This document shows, piece by piece, positions 1 through 15,000 of a stretch of 64,000 bases of DNA. Source of the DNA: Octopus sinensis (taxonomy: Eukaryota); NCBI RefSeq assembly GCF_006345805.1, contig NC_043009.1:33914001-33978000 (forward strand), read 5' to 3'. The position numbers were made by a program, and so were the translations under genes. A model generated the notes under the pieces. The model saw nothing but the letters and a program-made list of their open reading frames with translations, was not told the origin of the DNA and ran no database searches. Position 1 is the first letter of the stretch. Each line of letters opens with the position of its first letter.

Positions 1-1489
1 ATGAAAATTCAAATGGATAGACATACATGCTGAATCATCAGCCATAAATGGTAAGTGAGCACAAACTTTTTGTTTCCTTTGCTTTGTCAACTCATACCCC
101 ATAACTATGGAATAATTGCAATACAATCCTGGCTAGACACAACTGCTGACACACATTGAAAAAGATTTTATCATTGACAGACAAAAATTCCTTCCACAGA
201 ACAACTATTTTAACTTCAATGGATCAGCATACCGACAAACATCAGGAACTGCAATGGGTATGAAGGAAGCCCCTACATATGCCAATTTAGTCTTGGGATT
301 CCATGAACTATAGATTTACAATCAATCCCTTCTTCTATTCAGTGGCACATTTGATATACAACTTAAAAATAATTGGAAAAGTACCTGGATGATTGCTTTA
401 CCTTATGGCAGGAAAACTTTGATACACTCAGGGAATTCAAAAATTTACTGACTACCTATAAACAACAAGATCCAATTCACAATGGAGTTTAACCTCAAGG
501 AACTTGCCTTTCTAGATATTTCAATCACAAACACTAATAGGAAAATAGAAACAGACATGTTCTATAAAACCACAGACTCCAAGTAGTTCCTTCTATTCAC
601 ATCAGGTCACCCAAAATATAAATTGAACATTCCCTTTAACCTAGCAAAGTAAATATGCACAATAATATCAGACCCATCTAAGTGTGAACAATGACTGGAT
701 GAACTGAAGAACATACTCATCCAAAGAGCATTCCCACTAGGTTTAATCACCAATGGAATAGACAGGGCAAAAGATATTGATATCCAGGAACTAAGGAAAA
801 CAAAAATCAAAATTAGGAAAAATATTTTACAATGTGTTAACTTTCAACCCCAGAAACATCAAAATATTTGACCACATCAACAACCTCCCAGTTGAATTTG
901 AAGATGAAAAAATGAAACAATTCTAGAAACACACCAAATCATCAAAAACAGAATGCAGCCCAAAACACCCAAAACACTGGAACAAAAACACACAAACAAA
1001 TTTCACCTGAACTGTGACAAAATGTGGAAGAACAAATTGTGCACCTGCCCGTATCTTGAAGGACCAGAATCCAAATTTAAAGGTGGACAAACCTTTTATG
1101 TAAAAGTAAACTTCACCTGCAACTCAGAAAATTTAATCTATGTGATTATATGTGGTGGATGCCTGCAAAATTACATAGGACAGACAAGCGTTTCATTATG
1201 CAAAATAATGATGACTCACTGCCAACAGATCTGAGATGAGAATATAAGGAAATTTCCCTTAAGGAGTCACATTGCAGATAGACTTAACCAACTTTAAAAT
1301 CTTCCCTCTCTACAGTACTTAGACTCTTCCAACCAACAACACAGAATAAATAAAGAAAAGCAATTCATTAACAAATATAATCCACAATAATATGGAACAT
1401 CAACCACTAATCAATAAATAAGGATCTATAGTTTACACACACACTCATTAAGAATTCTACTATTCAATCCAATAAAATTTTGACACAAA

Positions 1490-1900
1490 AATAATTTCCT
1501 CCCCAAAACAATATATTCTTAAAAACAGAACACACACATACATGCATGCATGCACACATACACACACACAAGACATATTCCCCAAAAACAAAACACACAT
1601 ACACACCACAAAAAACGAACATACACAAAACAACATATTCCCAAAAAACAAAGCACACACACACCCCATAATAAACAAACTCACACCAAATAGCAAAGGA
1701 AAAATAATTCCTTCCAAACCCTTCAATAAAATTGTTGATCGTCCTTAAAATCCATTTAACACAACATATACACATAGCTGACCACATTCTCAATAGAAAA
1801 GGAATTTGTCAATTAATTCAATAAAATTCTTGACCCCTGCTGAAATCCATTTAACACAATATATACATATAGCTGACCATTTTCTGAATAGAAAATTTTT
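1490..1900. repeat. Degenerate tandem repeats in the PLE 3' region
   Basis: Repeated (ca)n-acatattccc(c)aaaaacaaa units, and a ~50-bp duplication aaatccatttaacacaa(c/t)atataca(c/t)atagctgacca at ~1747 and ~1843. Confidence 0.7.
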
Positions 1901-2176
1901 TAAAAATGTTTTGACACAAAAATAATTCCTTTTCCAAAACAACAAATTCCAAAAAAACTAAACACACATACATACACACCTGACTATGTCCTGAATAGAA
2001 ATTTTCTATTCAATTCAAAAGGATTCTTTTTAATTCAATAACATTCCTGAAACTTGACCCCTTGAACCGCATTTCAGATCCCTACATAAGCAACATTTAT
2101 AAGAAGAGACTCTAATATAAAATTTCACACATTTCCAATTTTTTTCTTGTTGCACAATTTCTGACTTTCAATTTTT

Positions 2177-2219
2177 AATATCTGATAAGATGGACATACA
2201 CATGGAAACCTGTAATATT
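2177..2219 (+). ncRNA. Degenerate minimal type I hammerhead ribozyme
   Basis: aatat-CTGATAA-gatg-gacataca-catg-GAAA-cctGTA-atatt; stem I aatat/atatt intact; G8 and a stem II base mutated. Confidence 0.6.
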
Positions 2220-2399
2220 CTATAAAAGCTACTCGATGTAACAAATATAAAACAATGTTTAAATATACTTTCATGCTGTTTCCACTTTTACTTTTTAACT
2301 ATATCTTTTAATTTGTATGGATTCTTCACCCCTTTTCAACTATATATATTCCCAAAAGAAACAAAACATTTACACACTACAAAAAACAAACACATTTTA

Positions 2400-2562
2400 T
2401 AGTCCACTCTAGAGTGGTTGGTGCTAGGAAGGGCATCCAGCTGTAAAAACCATGCCAAAAGAGACACAGTAGCCTGGTGCAGTCTTCTATCTGGCTGGCT
2501 CCTGTTAAACTGTCCAACTCATGCTAGCATGGAAGATGGATGTTAAACGATGATGATGATGA
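2400..2562 (+). mobile_element. (GAT)n-tailed RTE 3'-end/SINE repeat; other copies ~13905-14428(+), 19930-20100(-), 24637-24840(-), 43350-43530(-), 57860-58095(+), 63838-64000(-)
   Basis: Shared gagtggttgg(c)gttaggaagggcatccagc...gtccaacccatgctagcatgga...gttaaacgatgatgat. Confidence 0.85.
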
Positions 2563-3244
2563 AGCTGTTGATATATATCATAATCATTATCATCATTTTA
2601 ATGATAATTTTTCCTTGATTGCTTGGATGAGATGGAATTTGTTGAGGCAGATTTTGCATTCTGTAGCTGAATGCCCTTCTTGTCATCAACCCTTATTCTG
2701 TTCGCAAGTTCAGCATCAATGTCTCAGTGCATGTTCACTGTGTGTCCTAAGTAGATGTACTCCTTTATACCCTCAATTTCATCACTCCTCACCTCTATTT
2801 GGCATTGTGCTACATTTTCAGATCGCATGTAGTTTGTTTACATGCTTCATTTTAAGACCTACAACTGAGCTATGGGTGTCTAGGTGTCCAGTGCAATGTC
2901 ATCTGCAAATTGGTGGTGTGTTAGTAGCTTGCCAGGATCTTTTCATTAGCTGTCACAAATTTCGTACTTTTTCAATTTTGTTCCAATTGTTTTCAAATTT
3001 GGCATACTAATTTTGTTTTGTAAGCTAATTATAAAAGTGAAATTCATTTTAGCCATAAATTAATAAATAATAGCTCTTAAAGTTTGCAAATTTTGGGTAA
3101 TTTTAGCCAATCAAAAGCCACCATTATACACATGATCATAAATCTTACACTGATGTCTTTCCATAGTAACAAGCAAAGCTGCAGTCTGTTGTGTTTCCAT
3201 GTGCAAAGATGACACTTTCACCACAGGTTTTTCATGAGACTTAC

Positions 3245-3274
3245 ATGCAACAAGTTGAAAGCACGAGGGCATAT
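3245..3274 (-). CDS. Candidate 30-nt symmetric (phase 1-1) microexon: (D)MPSCFQLVA
   Basis: tttattctctcattttag| acceptor and |gtaagt donor in unique sequence; phase matches the donor at 11442; no stop. Confidence 0.45.
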
Positions 3275-3639
3275 CTAAAATGAGAGAATAAATGATGCTG
3301 TGGGACCACTGTTCCATGGTTGGCACATTGTGAGATTATCTGGCACAGGAGATATGAAAATCATAGTGTTCTCAAACTTTCGATTTGAATTTTGGAAATG
3401 TTTAGACGAACTTTTACAGAATATCACACCATTTGCTTTTTTATTTTTCACAAAAAAAATTTCATTGAGGATTTCTTCCTTTTTCCTTTTTTCACAAGAC
3501 TTCCTTTGTAACAATTTTCTAATTTTTTTCTGAAATAAACTAAACCCAAATTCAGATTCAGCATAAAAAATTATATCAATAAACCATATTTGAGAATTTT
3601 CACTACATTAAAAAATTTCCAAGTCTGTGACACCAACTG

Positions 3640-4200
3640 AAAAGATCTTCTTGCATTCACACTACCTATCCACTCAACGACTCTGATGATCACTGCTAGA
3701 CATGTGATGAAGAGCTTTGGTGAGATGATATCGCCTTGTTTTACACTCTTCCCAATTGTAACTCTTACCAGTAGTAAAAGCAGAGCTATATCAGTGATGC
3801 ACCTAGAATTCACATCTCTGAGCAGTTTGGTGTGTTGCGCCTCAATACCTTGCATTTCTATAGATTTTACCATCCTACTTGTGCTCTTATATACAAATGA
3901 GATGTGGGCTGCTTGAAGAGGGAAGAACAATTGGCTCTGATGTAAAGTGCCATGGAAAGATCCCTACTAAGATTATCAATGCAAGAGCATATTTGAAATG
4001 AAATAATTTGAGAACAAACTGGAGTGAAAGATGTGATTGCAGAATACCAAAAGCACAAGTCTTGCTACACCAGACAAGTTGCAAGGTTCACAGACAACAG
4101 ATAGATCCATACAATTGCCAAGTGGTATCCAAAAGATCAGAAAAAGTCACTTAGAAGATGTCTATGATGATGAGAAGACAATTTAGTTAAATGATTTTGG
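3640..4200. mobile_element. RTE-clade LINE remnant: inverted RT piece (3640-3915, -) and C-terminal piece (3915-4200, +)
   Basis: Minus: QGIE...TIGKSVKQGDIISPKLF (GVKQGD-SP-LF motif). Plus: AMERSLLRLS...EQTGVKDVI...VARFTDNR..WYP. Confidence 0.75.
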
Positions 4201-4246
4201 CCAATATAGAAAAAGAAGGTGTAATCTAAAAAGAATTTGCAGCACA

Positions 4247-5905
<1,659 letters not shown>

Positions 5906-5955
5906 AATATATATATACATACATATATAAAATATATATATACATATACATATAT

Positions 5956-5986
<31 letters not shown>

Positions 5987-5989
5987 GTC

Positions 5990-7445
5990 ACTTGTATAGT
6001 TATCAAGTTGTACAGGAAGGCATCACACCCAATGATGGGTGTACCAGCATAATAGTCAACTATTAGAAAAGTAAAAGAGATGCGTTAGAAAGAAGTAATT
6101 ACAGAGGTATCAAATTACTGGACCAGGTTATGAGAGTTGCTGAAAGAGTCATAGCCCAGTTAATTAGAAAGAGAGTTAACTAGATGAGATGCAGTTTGGC
6201 TACTGCAGGAGATTCAGCAAAAAGTAAATAACTGTACTCAGTATTTGTTGACCTGGAGAATGCTTTTGACAGAGTGACTCAATACCTCATCTGGTGGTTG
6301 CTACAAATGCTAGGAATAGATGAATGGCTAGTAAGAGGAGCTATTCAAATCATTGTACAGGGATACAGTTAGCAAAGGGAGAATTAACAATGAGTACAGT
6401 GTTGAATTTAGTGTGCAGGTAGGAGTTCATCAGGGTTTGGTCATCAGTCCTTTCATATTTATCATAGTCCTCAGGCCATAAGAGAGGAATTTAAGACTGG
6501 GAATTCCCCTGTGTTGATGACTTTGTTCTTATAACTGAAGTTGTAGGAGAATTAGAATTAAAATTTCAAGTGTAGAAAGAAACCCTGGAATCAAAGGGGC
6601 TTGCATTTAATTTAGCAAAGGCCAAAGTTTTAGTTAACAGAAAATCAAACTCCTTCTGGTAAATGACCCTGTTCCATACATAGACAAGGTGTTAGTAGAA
6701 ATTCTATACGGTGTGCTCAGAGCAGACTATGGACATATAAGAGGTGCAGTGAAATCACAGGAAGATTAACAGAGAAAGTAGGATTCATTGGTAGCAGATG
6801 GTAGATGTGCAGAAGCAAGAAAATAGTAAGAGCACATGGAAAATAAATGTTCTGAAATGCTCAGGAAGCTCCTTAGAAATAGTAGATAGTTTCTGTTATG
6901 TAGGTGTCTTAACGGTGGAGAAGGATGCTCTGGAAATATAGTTGCTACAGTACAAATTGGCTGGAGAAAGTTCAGAGAACTCTTACCTCTGTTGGTAACA
7001 AAAGGTCACTCTCACAGAATGAAAGGAAGATTGTATGATGCCTGAGTACAAATAGAAAAGCTACATGGTTGTGAAACTTGGGCTGTGAATGTAGAGGACA
7101 TGCGAAGACTTGAAAGAAATGAAACTAGTATGCTTTGATGGATGTGCAATATCAATGTGCATATATGACAAAGTACAAATGTGCTGAGAGAAAAACTGGG
7201 CATCAGATGTGGTGTGCAAGAGAGAAGACTGTGTTGGTATAGTCATGTGATGTGGATGGATTAGGAGAGCTGTATAAAGAAGTGCCAATCGCTGAATATG
7301 GACAGAATCTTTAGGAGATGAAGATGTGGGAGAAAGTGGTGAAGACTAACTTCAAGATGTTAAGTCTCTTAGAAGAGATGATGCAGGGACTGAGATGAAT
7401 AATGATATGTTGTATTTGAGAAGATCCATCCATCTCAGCAGGATT
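5990..7445 (+). mobile_element. Decayed RTE-clade LINE (RT and C-terminus, PHD-like Cys insert)
   Basis: Frames giving SNYRGIKLLDQVMRVAERVI, FVDLENAFDRV, VGVHQGLVISPFIFII, then WTYKRCS, DSFCY.G and RRLCWYSHVM. Confidence 0.8.
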
Positions 7446-8851
7446 GAGGTTCTGTCAAGTCTTACCCCACAACTCATCTTCTACCAATCTTCCATGTTAC
7501 CTTATTCCTTTCACTTCACCCTACACTGAACTGATATACTGTGACTAACTTATTCTCTACCTCCAATCATCTGTCACATTATTTTGTCTCAGTGCACTTA
7601 CCTACACATCTACCTCTTCTGCTCTTCCATCTTATTCTGTCTCATATTCATGTTATACCTATACCTCATTTCTCTTTCTTTTTCTCTATCACTTTCCAGA
7701 TGAGGATGCCATGTATTCACCTCTTCAGCAAGACATCTGCTCTTGTCCCTCTATCATAGTTTCTTATTCCTCCAGTCTATAACCACTCAGTGGAGGAGTC
7801 TTGTCTTGTAGATACATGGTAACCTCACTTGTGCTGGTACTATGTAAAAAGCACCAAGTACACTCTATTACAGACATGCATAGGCACATATGCATGCACA
7901 TACACAAGCATGCACAAACACAGATGTATGCAGGAACACATGCACACATGAAAGCATATACACAAATACTTGCCTGTTCAAAAAAACCAGCATGTACACA
8001 CACATATGCATACAAGCATACACACTCAGAACCAACTCAACCACACACACTAGAACACACACGCACACACTCACACATAGATGTTCTCTCCTCCCCAAAT
8101 AAAGAACTACATCCTAAACCTATAAATCATCAGAAGATATGAGAGTGACCAAGAAAAAAAAGACAAAAGACCAAACAGATGGCCAGTGCACACAGACGTA
8201 TATACAAGCAATCACATGGGTGTGCACACACACACACACACACACACAGAAACCCTTTGTTTGCTCTACCCTTACCTCCTCTTCTAAGCAAACACACATA
8301 CAAGCATGCATACACACTGACATAAGACCAATTCTCAGATAGATGCAGAACAGACCTTGGTATCACTGAAGTTTTGAAAATATTAAAACATAATTTCTAC
8401 TCTATTTTATCTTGGAGAGCATCCAAACAGAAACATTTTGATATCTCATTTGTGAAATTTGGATGACAATTTGAATGGTCAGCAAATGATGGAAATCTTG
8501 CCTAAATGAATAATTAACCACATTTGTGATGTCATATCTTTGAAACTGAGGTGATAATCATCTTCAAATTACACAAATTAATAGTGACCATGGTATAACA
8601 GTTGCTTATATTTATCAGGTTCTTGGAAAGTGTTTTTGGCAATTTCTAAAAAATTTATGCAAAGCTTATTTTGTTACACGTCACAAACAGTCAATTCCAC
8701 ATTGTTTTCAAACCTAGTTAAATCCAAAAGTACAAGTCAAAGGGACTTGGGTTTTGGCACATTTGTAGCTGGTATAGAACTAAATAAATCCTCAGATTTT
8801 AGAACATGTCAATATTCCAATAAAATTTTAACAGACTTAATAGACTTAATA

Positions 8852-9256
8852 GGCGCAGGAGTGGCTGTGTGGTAAGTAGCTTGCTAACCAACCACATGGT
8901 TCCGGGTTCAGTCCCACTGCGTGGCATCTTGGGCAAGTGTCTTCTGCTATAGCCCTGGGCTGACCAATGCCTTGTGAGTGGATTTGGTAGACGGAAACTG
9001 AAAGAAGCCTGTCGTATACATGTATATATATATATGTATGTGTGTGTGTTTGTGTGTCTGTGTTTGTCGCCCTAGCATTGTTTGACAACCGATGCTGGTG
9101 TGTTTACGTCCCCGTCACTTAGCGGTTCGGCAAAAAGAGACCGATAGAATAAGTACTGGGCTTACAAAGAATAAGTCCCGGGGTTGATTTGCTCGACTAA
9201 AGGCGGTGCTCCAGCATGGCTGCAGTCAAATGACTGAAACAAGTATAAGTAAAAGT
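8852..9256 (+). mobile_element. tRNA-derived SINE family A, full copy with internal microsatellite; other copies/fragments ~13717-14648(+), 24375-24630(+), 39830-39990(-), 47735-47870(+), 50340-50930(+), 59290-59700(+), 60290-60490(+), 60980-61330(-), 63690-63800(-)
   Basis: A box (gtggctgtgtggtaa) and B box (ggttcagtccc), conserved body, tail ggcggtgctccagcatggctgcagtcaaatgactgaaac. Confidence 0.88.
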
Positions 9257-11441
9257 AAGACTACTAAAAATGGCTATAAATGGTGGAGTTTAATATCAAG
9301 ATGCCCACATAAGTTGGATTGTCTTCCTTTTGACAGATTTTTTTTTTCAATTATTTTTGCATCACAGTCTTGGAAATGATGGGGGTAAGCATTTTTATGA
9401 AAAACATTATTGGAAAATTCATGCATGGAAATACCAGGGTGTTTGAGGGACCCTGGCAGGATATGGTAACAGTTGGATTTTAATTAAAACTATATGAGAA
9501 GAAAGTTCACATCCAGATCTTCCAAATGATATTTAATTTTCCTTAGAAAATATTTATTTTGACATGATAACGATGAAGTAAAAAGTGTTTTTGCATGTTC
9601 AAATTGTACTTGTCTCATTTGTACAATGTTCTATAGTGATACCTACATGGTATGAGAGGGGAAGTCACTAAGTCTCTGAGAACAGCAATGAAAGAACTTT
9701 GACTAACAAACAGCTGATTGGTTAACCAGTACACTAAAAGTTAGTTGGTTAGATATTTAACCTATGAAGAAGATGCATATGGAAATCAGCCAGAACCAAT
9801 AAAGCAGTGGAACTGAACTGATGTGTGTTATCAATTCCAGTGTAATGACTCTCCCAAGACACAAGAAAAGTTTTCAACACACAAATTCACATCAAGAATT
9901 TTGCAAGCCAAATACAGAAACAAAAGAAAGCTAAGCTCTAGCCAAGCTAGCAAAATATGTGTTTAATAAAATGAAGTAGCATGAAACAATTGTACTATAC
10001 TACCATGGATATCCTTGTTGCTTATTTTGATTATATATATATAAATATAGAAACATTGCCAGATCAGACTGGGCCTGGTGCAGCCTTCTGGCACACACAT
10101 ATATATATATACACAAACACACAACATTTAACGTCATTAGTTAAAGAAGAGGAAAGAAACCGTTTCGATTTTGACAATGTAGCATTATTGAGCTAGTAGT
10201 GAGTTGTGAAATAGAAAGAGAGGTGGTAAAAAAGAGATGAGATGTAATAGATTAACCATCTGTATATACATATACCCATATGTGCTTACATATACATAGA
10301 CATACATATACATACTTATATATATAAATATACATACACACCACTATGTGTCTGGCAAGTTGAATATAAATATAAAAATAGTTAGAAAGAGGAAAGAAGT
10401 ATGCAAATTAACAGGCTTATTGGAGTTTAAAATAAGTTGAAGCAAAATTAAATTGAAATTAAAATTAGTTATAAAATATATATATATCAGTGTTGTGCAC
10501 TCCAGCTATGCAAGTCATGTATTGCATGGCCATTTATTTTTCATATAAATCAAAAATCAAATCAAAAACATAAATTTTTTGTAACTATGTTGAAAAATAG
10601 TTGAAATCATTGAAAATGAAACTAACTAGTTAATTTGATTCAAAGACCCTTAAATGCAATATAAAAATATAGCACTACTTTGATTATTGAAGACAGCTCT
10701 ATTCTGACATCATTTCCCTTCCCATTGAAAATAGCTAGGAAGTCGTGCAATCTTAAACATGCATGAAGGTTTCTTATCTTTGGTCTTCTCTCTCTCTCTG
10801 TCAATACCTCTCTCTACCTTCTGTCAGTTCTTTGTAAGTGGTATCCTTATAGACTACCCAGATGGTTGAATAGAGATGACCATTTGACCTCAGTTAAAAA
10901 TCACTAAATCTAAAAATGAAAGTAATTCCAGTCCTTTCAAAATTCTTTGTCAAGTCAGATCAGTTCTGCCATTCAGATACTAGTATCAAATTTTTACCAA
11001 GTAAACAACATTATTTTTCTCATTGATATTTAATGTTCATTGTTAAATTGCTGGACTTTTGGATTACCTGTCCCATGTAAGTTGGAATTTCTCCCATTTG
11101 GCCAAAATCTTTCATTGCTTTATTGATTTACTAAGATTAGCTTACGTTTTATTCAAATTGACATAACTCTCACTTCTCTCTCCCACACACACACATGTGC
11201 ACACATTTCATTTATAAAATGTCTTTTAAACTTTTGAAATATGAGTCCAAATGACTGAAATATGTTATAGAAATTTTGTAAAATATAAAAAAAAAAAAAC
11301 CTCAAAAGAATACAATTAGATATGTATGTGTGTATGTGTGTATGTATGTATGTATGCATGCATGTAAGTATGCATGCATGCATGTATGTATGTATTTGCA
11401 TACATACACAAAACACTCACACATATTACAAAATTACTTAC

Positions 11442-12534
11442 CAAATGAATTTTCAGATCCGACATATTTAGTAAATCCAGTGATATTTTCATATAAATTT
11501 CGAACAATTTCATCTAATTCCGCCTCAACAGATTCTTCCAATGGAACATTATCATAAATACTAACACGTTTAGATCGGTCATTTTGTGAACCTGCACACA
11601 GATATTTTGAGCTGTCCTGTTTGGAATCATGTCCTAAACTGAAGCTCCCTGTCCTAAAATTTATTCCATGACCTTCTCCAGTTTCAATGTAGCCATTGTT
11701 TATAACTTTTGGAAAGCTTCCTGGTTTGTAGTCAGAAGGCAACAAATAAACTTCAGTCAAATTGTTGGAGTTGTTATTTTTTAAAGCATTTTTTGAAATG
11801 GAATGATTATCAGAATAGTTGTCCAGGGTCCGTGGCTGAAACAGTTCTGATTTTTGTTTTGATTGTGCAGTTGTTGTATGTAGATGAAGATCAGGGCTAC
11901 TGGCTGAAGAAAAGTCTATTTGTGAGGTACACTCAGAAGATGAGCAATCAGTGGAATTTGACCGTGTCATCATGTGTTTGTTCTTCTTATCTAAATCAAT
12001 ACAATTCATACGACGAATTGTCTCTTTCATGTTGTCTGTCTCCATAACGATTGGCCCACTGATCTGCAAGCAGTCCATCTGCTTCTTATTGCGCATGCTT
12101 CCACCATTTTTCTTTGACCCAAAACGACTTGTTATAAGTCTTGCTGGCCGAAAGCTTGAGGCTCGACCTAGCTTAGGGCTCAGGAGTGCCTGCGCAACTG
12201 TCGGCAGCTTTGCAGGCTGTAGTTCTGTGAGTATTTTATCACCTTCAGGTTCAGAAGATCCTGAGAAGTCTAATGATGCTACAGCAATCTGTTTAGTGTC
12301 ATGATCAGTAGGTGCTGAGTTTACCAAACTGTTTTCTAGATGGCTATAACTATCTTGGTCAGTTAGCAAGCTGTCGTGACTGCTACTGCTTCTAACAGGA
12401 GACATGGGTGGCACAGTATCAGATGGACGCTTCTGGTACAGTTGCAGACCCATGCGAGACCATCGCCGACTGCTCCTCTGATACTTCCATTTGTCACTGA
12501 GTGCACATTGCTCCTCTTCGTCAGAATCATCACC
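11442..12534 (-). CDS. DLC1/STARD13: Large internal exon (1093 nt, phase 0 to 1) of a DLC1/STARD13-family RhoGAP; serine-rich linker
   Basis: Translation GDDSDEEEQCALSDKWKYQRSSRRWSR...LQISGPIV...VYLLPSDYKPGSFPKVINNG...INFRTGSF...RVSIYDNVP...ELDEIV matches, in order, DLC1/STARD13 motifs recalled as GDDSDEED, KWTFQRxSxRWSR, VISGP, HKPGTFPKAL, VNWRTGSF, RLSIYDNVP, ELDDIL. Acceptor cttcag|GGT at 12535/12534; donor TTTG|gtaagt at 11442/11441. Confidence 0.95.
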
Positions 12535-14699
12535 CTGAAGAATAAGTAAAAGAAACAGTAATAAGATGCATGTTATGGTATGTATATGAGTAAGCATAAA
12601 TGCAAATATCTCAGTCAAAAGGCAACAGATAATCAATTCTTTCTTTTATAAATATTATCAAAAAAAAGTAGAACACACACACAAACACATATATAAAACA
12701 CTGAATTAACTGGACTATCAGATGTTGCTATACACAGCTGGTTGCCATGCACTTCTTTACATTGTTGAAGCCTTCGAATGATGCCTACCCACTCGATAGA
12801 ATGCCAGTCCATTGCAGGGTTACTCATTTACAGTTGAGTGGACTGGAGCAGTGTAAAATAAAGCATTTTGCTCATGAACGCAATGCACTGCTGGTCTTGG
12901 AATCGAAACCATGATAGCAAAATTGAGTGCAGCACCTCAACCACTGTGTCATATCCTTAGTAATGATGATGATGATGATGATGATGATGTATACACACAT
13001 ATGCATAACACATTGACTCAGCTCCAGATTATTTGAAGTTTCATGGATGCAGAATTCATCTACATCATCAGATGTTCAGTCACAGTTGAGAGAATTTAAA
13101 AGAAATGTAAAATGTCTTCAACTAAAAATCATATTTAGGCCTCCATTGGTCAGTTCAGGTCATATAGGTGCTTTTATTATTTTAGCAACAGTAATTCTTT
13201 CATTGCATGTTCCATGTTGCAGAGCAGACAGGATATTGGTGTAGGTTGAAATTATGTAAGGTATGACATTTTAGTGACATCAGTTCTTTCATTGCATGCT
13301 CTCTTTGGTAGGGTAGAGACAGTTAATTGGCAGTTTTCTGTTTTTTTTTTTTTTGTCAGGTGAGACATTACAGTAACAACAATTACCATATGGAGAGGTA
13401 ACTGATTTGATGTAACTTATTACATATGAGTTTACATAACAAATATGGCTGCCAGATAAGTTCTAATCTCGCTGTGAGCAGAAGGGGTTATATACCCTGC
13501 CATTGTGTAAGCACCAACCAGGTCTAGGATCATATTTACAGGTTATTAATGGCCACTGGCTTCATGTTCATTAATACAGTATATCTCTGGATGGCAACAA
13601 TAGTTTACCTGTTGATGAAGAGGCAGAGTTGGCAATCATGAAGTCAAGGTGAGTAAGGAGGAAACCTGCCAAGAATGCTCTATGTGATGTTAGAAAAGTA
13701 ATTTCTATGGTCCTACAGGTGCAGGAGTGGCTGTGTGGTAAGTAGCTTACTTACCAACCACATGGTTCTTGGTTCAGTCCCACTGCGTGGTACCTTGGGC
13801 AAGGGTCTTCTACTATAGCCTCAGGCCGACCAAAGCCTTGTGAGTGGATTTTGGTAGACGGAAACTGAAAGAAGCCCATCATATATATGTATATATATAT
13901 ATAGCGCCGCAGCTCATCACCCCCCCCCCCCACCTATCCTACGTTTCCTCCTGTTTTTTAATCTGTCACTGCCTCAACCGGCTATCTCCTTCCAGTCCCC
14001 TCCCCCACTCGTGAAGTCCTACGTTTTATTTCCTACGAACCTGCATCAACCCTAGCTGTCATCGTTCCTCACCCCAACCCTCCCCACTGGTGCTTCCCTA
14101 TATTACCTGCACCCCCAAAAAAGCACCATCCGAACGTGACCGATGCCAGCGCCGCCTTGGCTGGCTTCCGTGCCGCTGGCACATTAAAAGCTCGAACTGA
14201 TCGTGATCGATGCCAGACCCACCCTGGCACCTGTGCAGGTGGCACGTAAAAAGCACCCACTCCACTCGCGGAGTGGTTGGCGTTAGGAAGGGCATCCAGC
14301 CGTAGAAACTCTGCCAGATCAGACTGGAGCCTGGAGCAGCCCCTGGCTTCCCAGACCCCGGTCAAACCGTCCAACCCATGCTAGCGCGGAAACGGACGTT
14401 AAACGATGATGATGATGATGATGATGATGTGTGCGTGTATGTTTGTGTGTCTGTGTTTGTCCCCCAAGCATTGCTTGACAACCGATGCTGGTGTGTTTAT
14501 GTCCCCGTCACTTAGCGGTTCGGCAAAAGAGACCGATAGAATAAGTACTGGGCTTACAAAGAATAAGTCCTGGGGTCGAGTTGCTCGACTAAAGGCGGTG
14601 CTCCAGCATGGCCGCAGTCAACTGACTGAAACAAGTAAAAGAGTAAAGAGAGAGAGTCTCCAGATGAGAGGGACAAGAAGGTGGAATTTTCCCTGTTCC

Positions 14700-15000
14700 T
14701 ACCTTTGAAGGAGTGCATGTATTGCATGGATCTTTCCTTAAGATGATTAGTTATCATGCTCTTGTAGTGCACTGTGATGCTATTGAGTGATGTGAAAGTA
14801 GTCTAATAGACCACAGCTGTTGAGAGACAGTGGGATTTTGATAATTACAAGTTGGAGTGTTGGGTAGTATATGATTGCAGTTGTTGTGGCATGCATTGCT
14901 GGAAGTGATATTATGTAAGCCTGAAAAGCTAACCTTGAAGTTATGGGAATTAAAAAGTTTATGATATCTATAGCCCACATACAATGACTGGGTATATAAC
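14700..15000 (-). mobile_element. PLE remnant, pre-endonuclease region, same type as the 51121-56834 element
   Basis: YHKLFNSHNFKVSFSGLHNITSSNACHN...TCNYQNP resembles the KIFNxxTxKISYSCxPNIxxIIxSHN...CNCR signature. Confidence 0.55.

Larger units (their letters stand above)
1..2225 (+). mobile_element. Decayed Penelope-like element: RT + GIY-YIG endonuclease + repeat-rich 3' region ending in a degenerate HHR
   Basis: Broken frames giving TSGTAMGMKEAPTYANLV, WKSTWMIA (RYLDD region), FLDISI, NIPFNLA, then FTCNSENLIYVIICGGCLQNYIGQT (ORF 953-1234); HHR-like motif at 2177-2219. Confidence 0.88.

Noticed and set aside
12535-12636. First 34 codons of the 400-aa ORF (MIICC...LILQ)
   Set aside because: Intronic pyrimidine tract before the cag acceptor; homology starts at GDDSD and the SAM exons splice in there.
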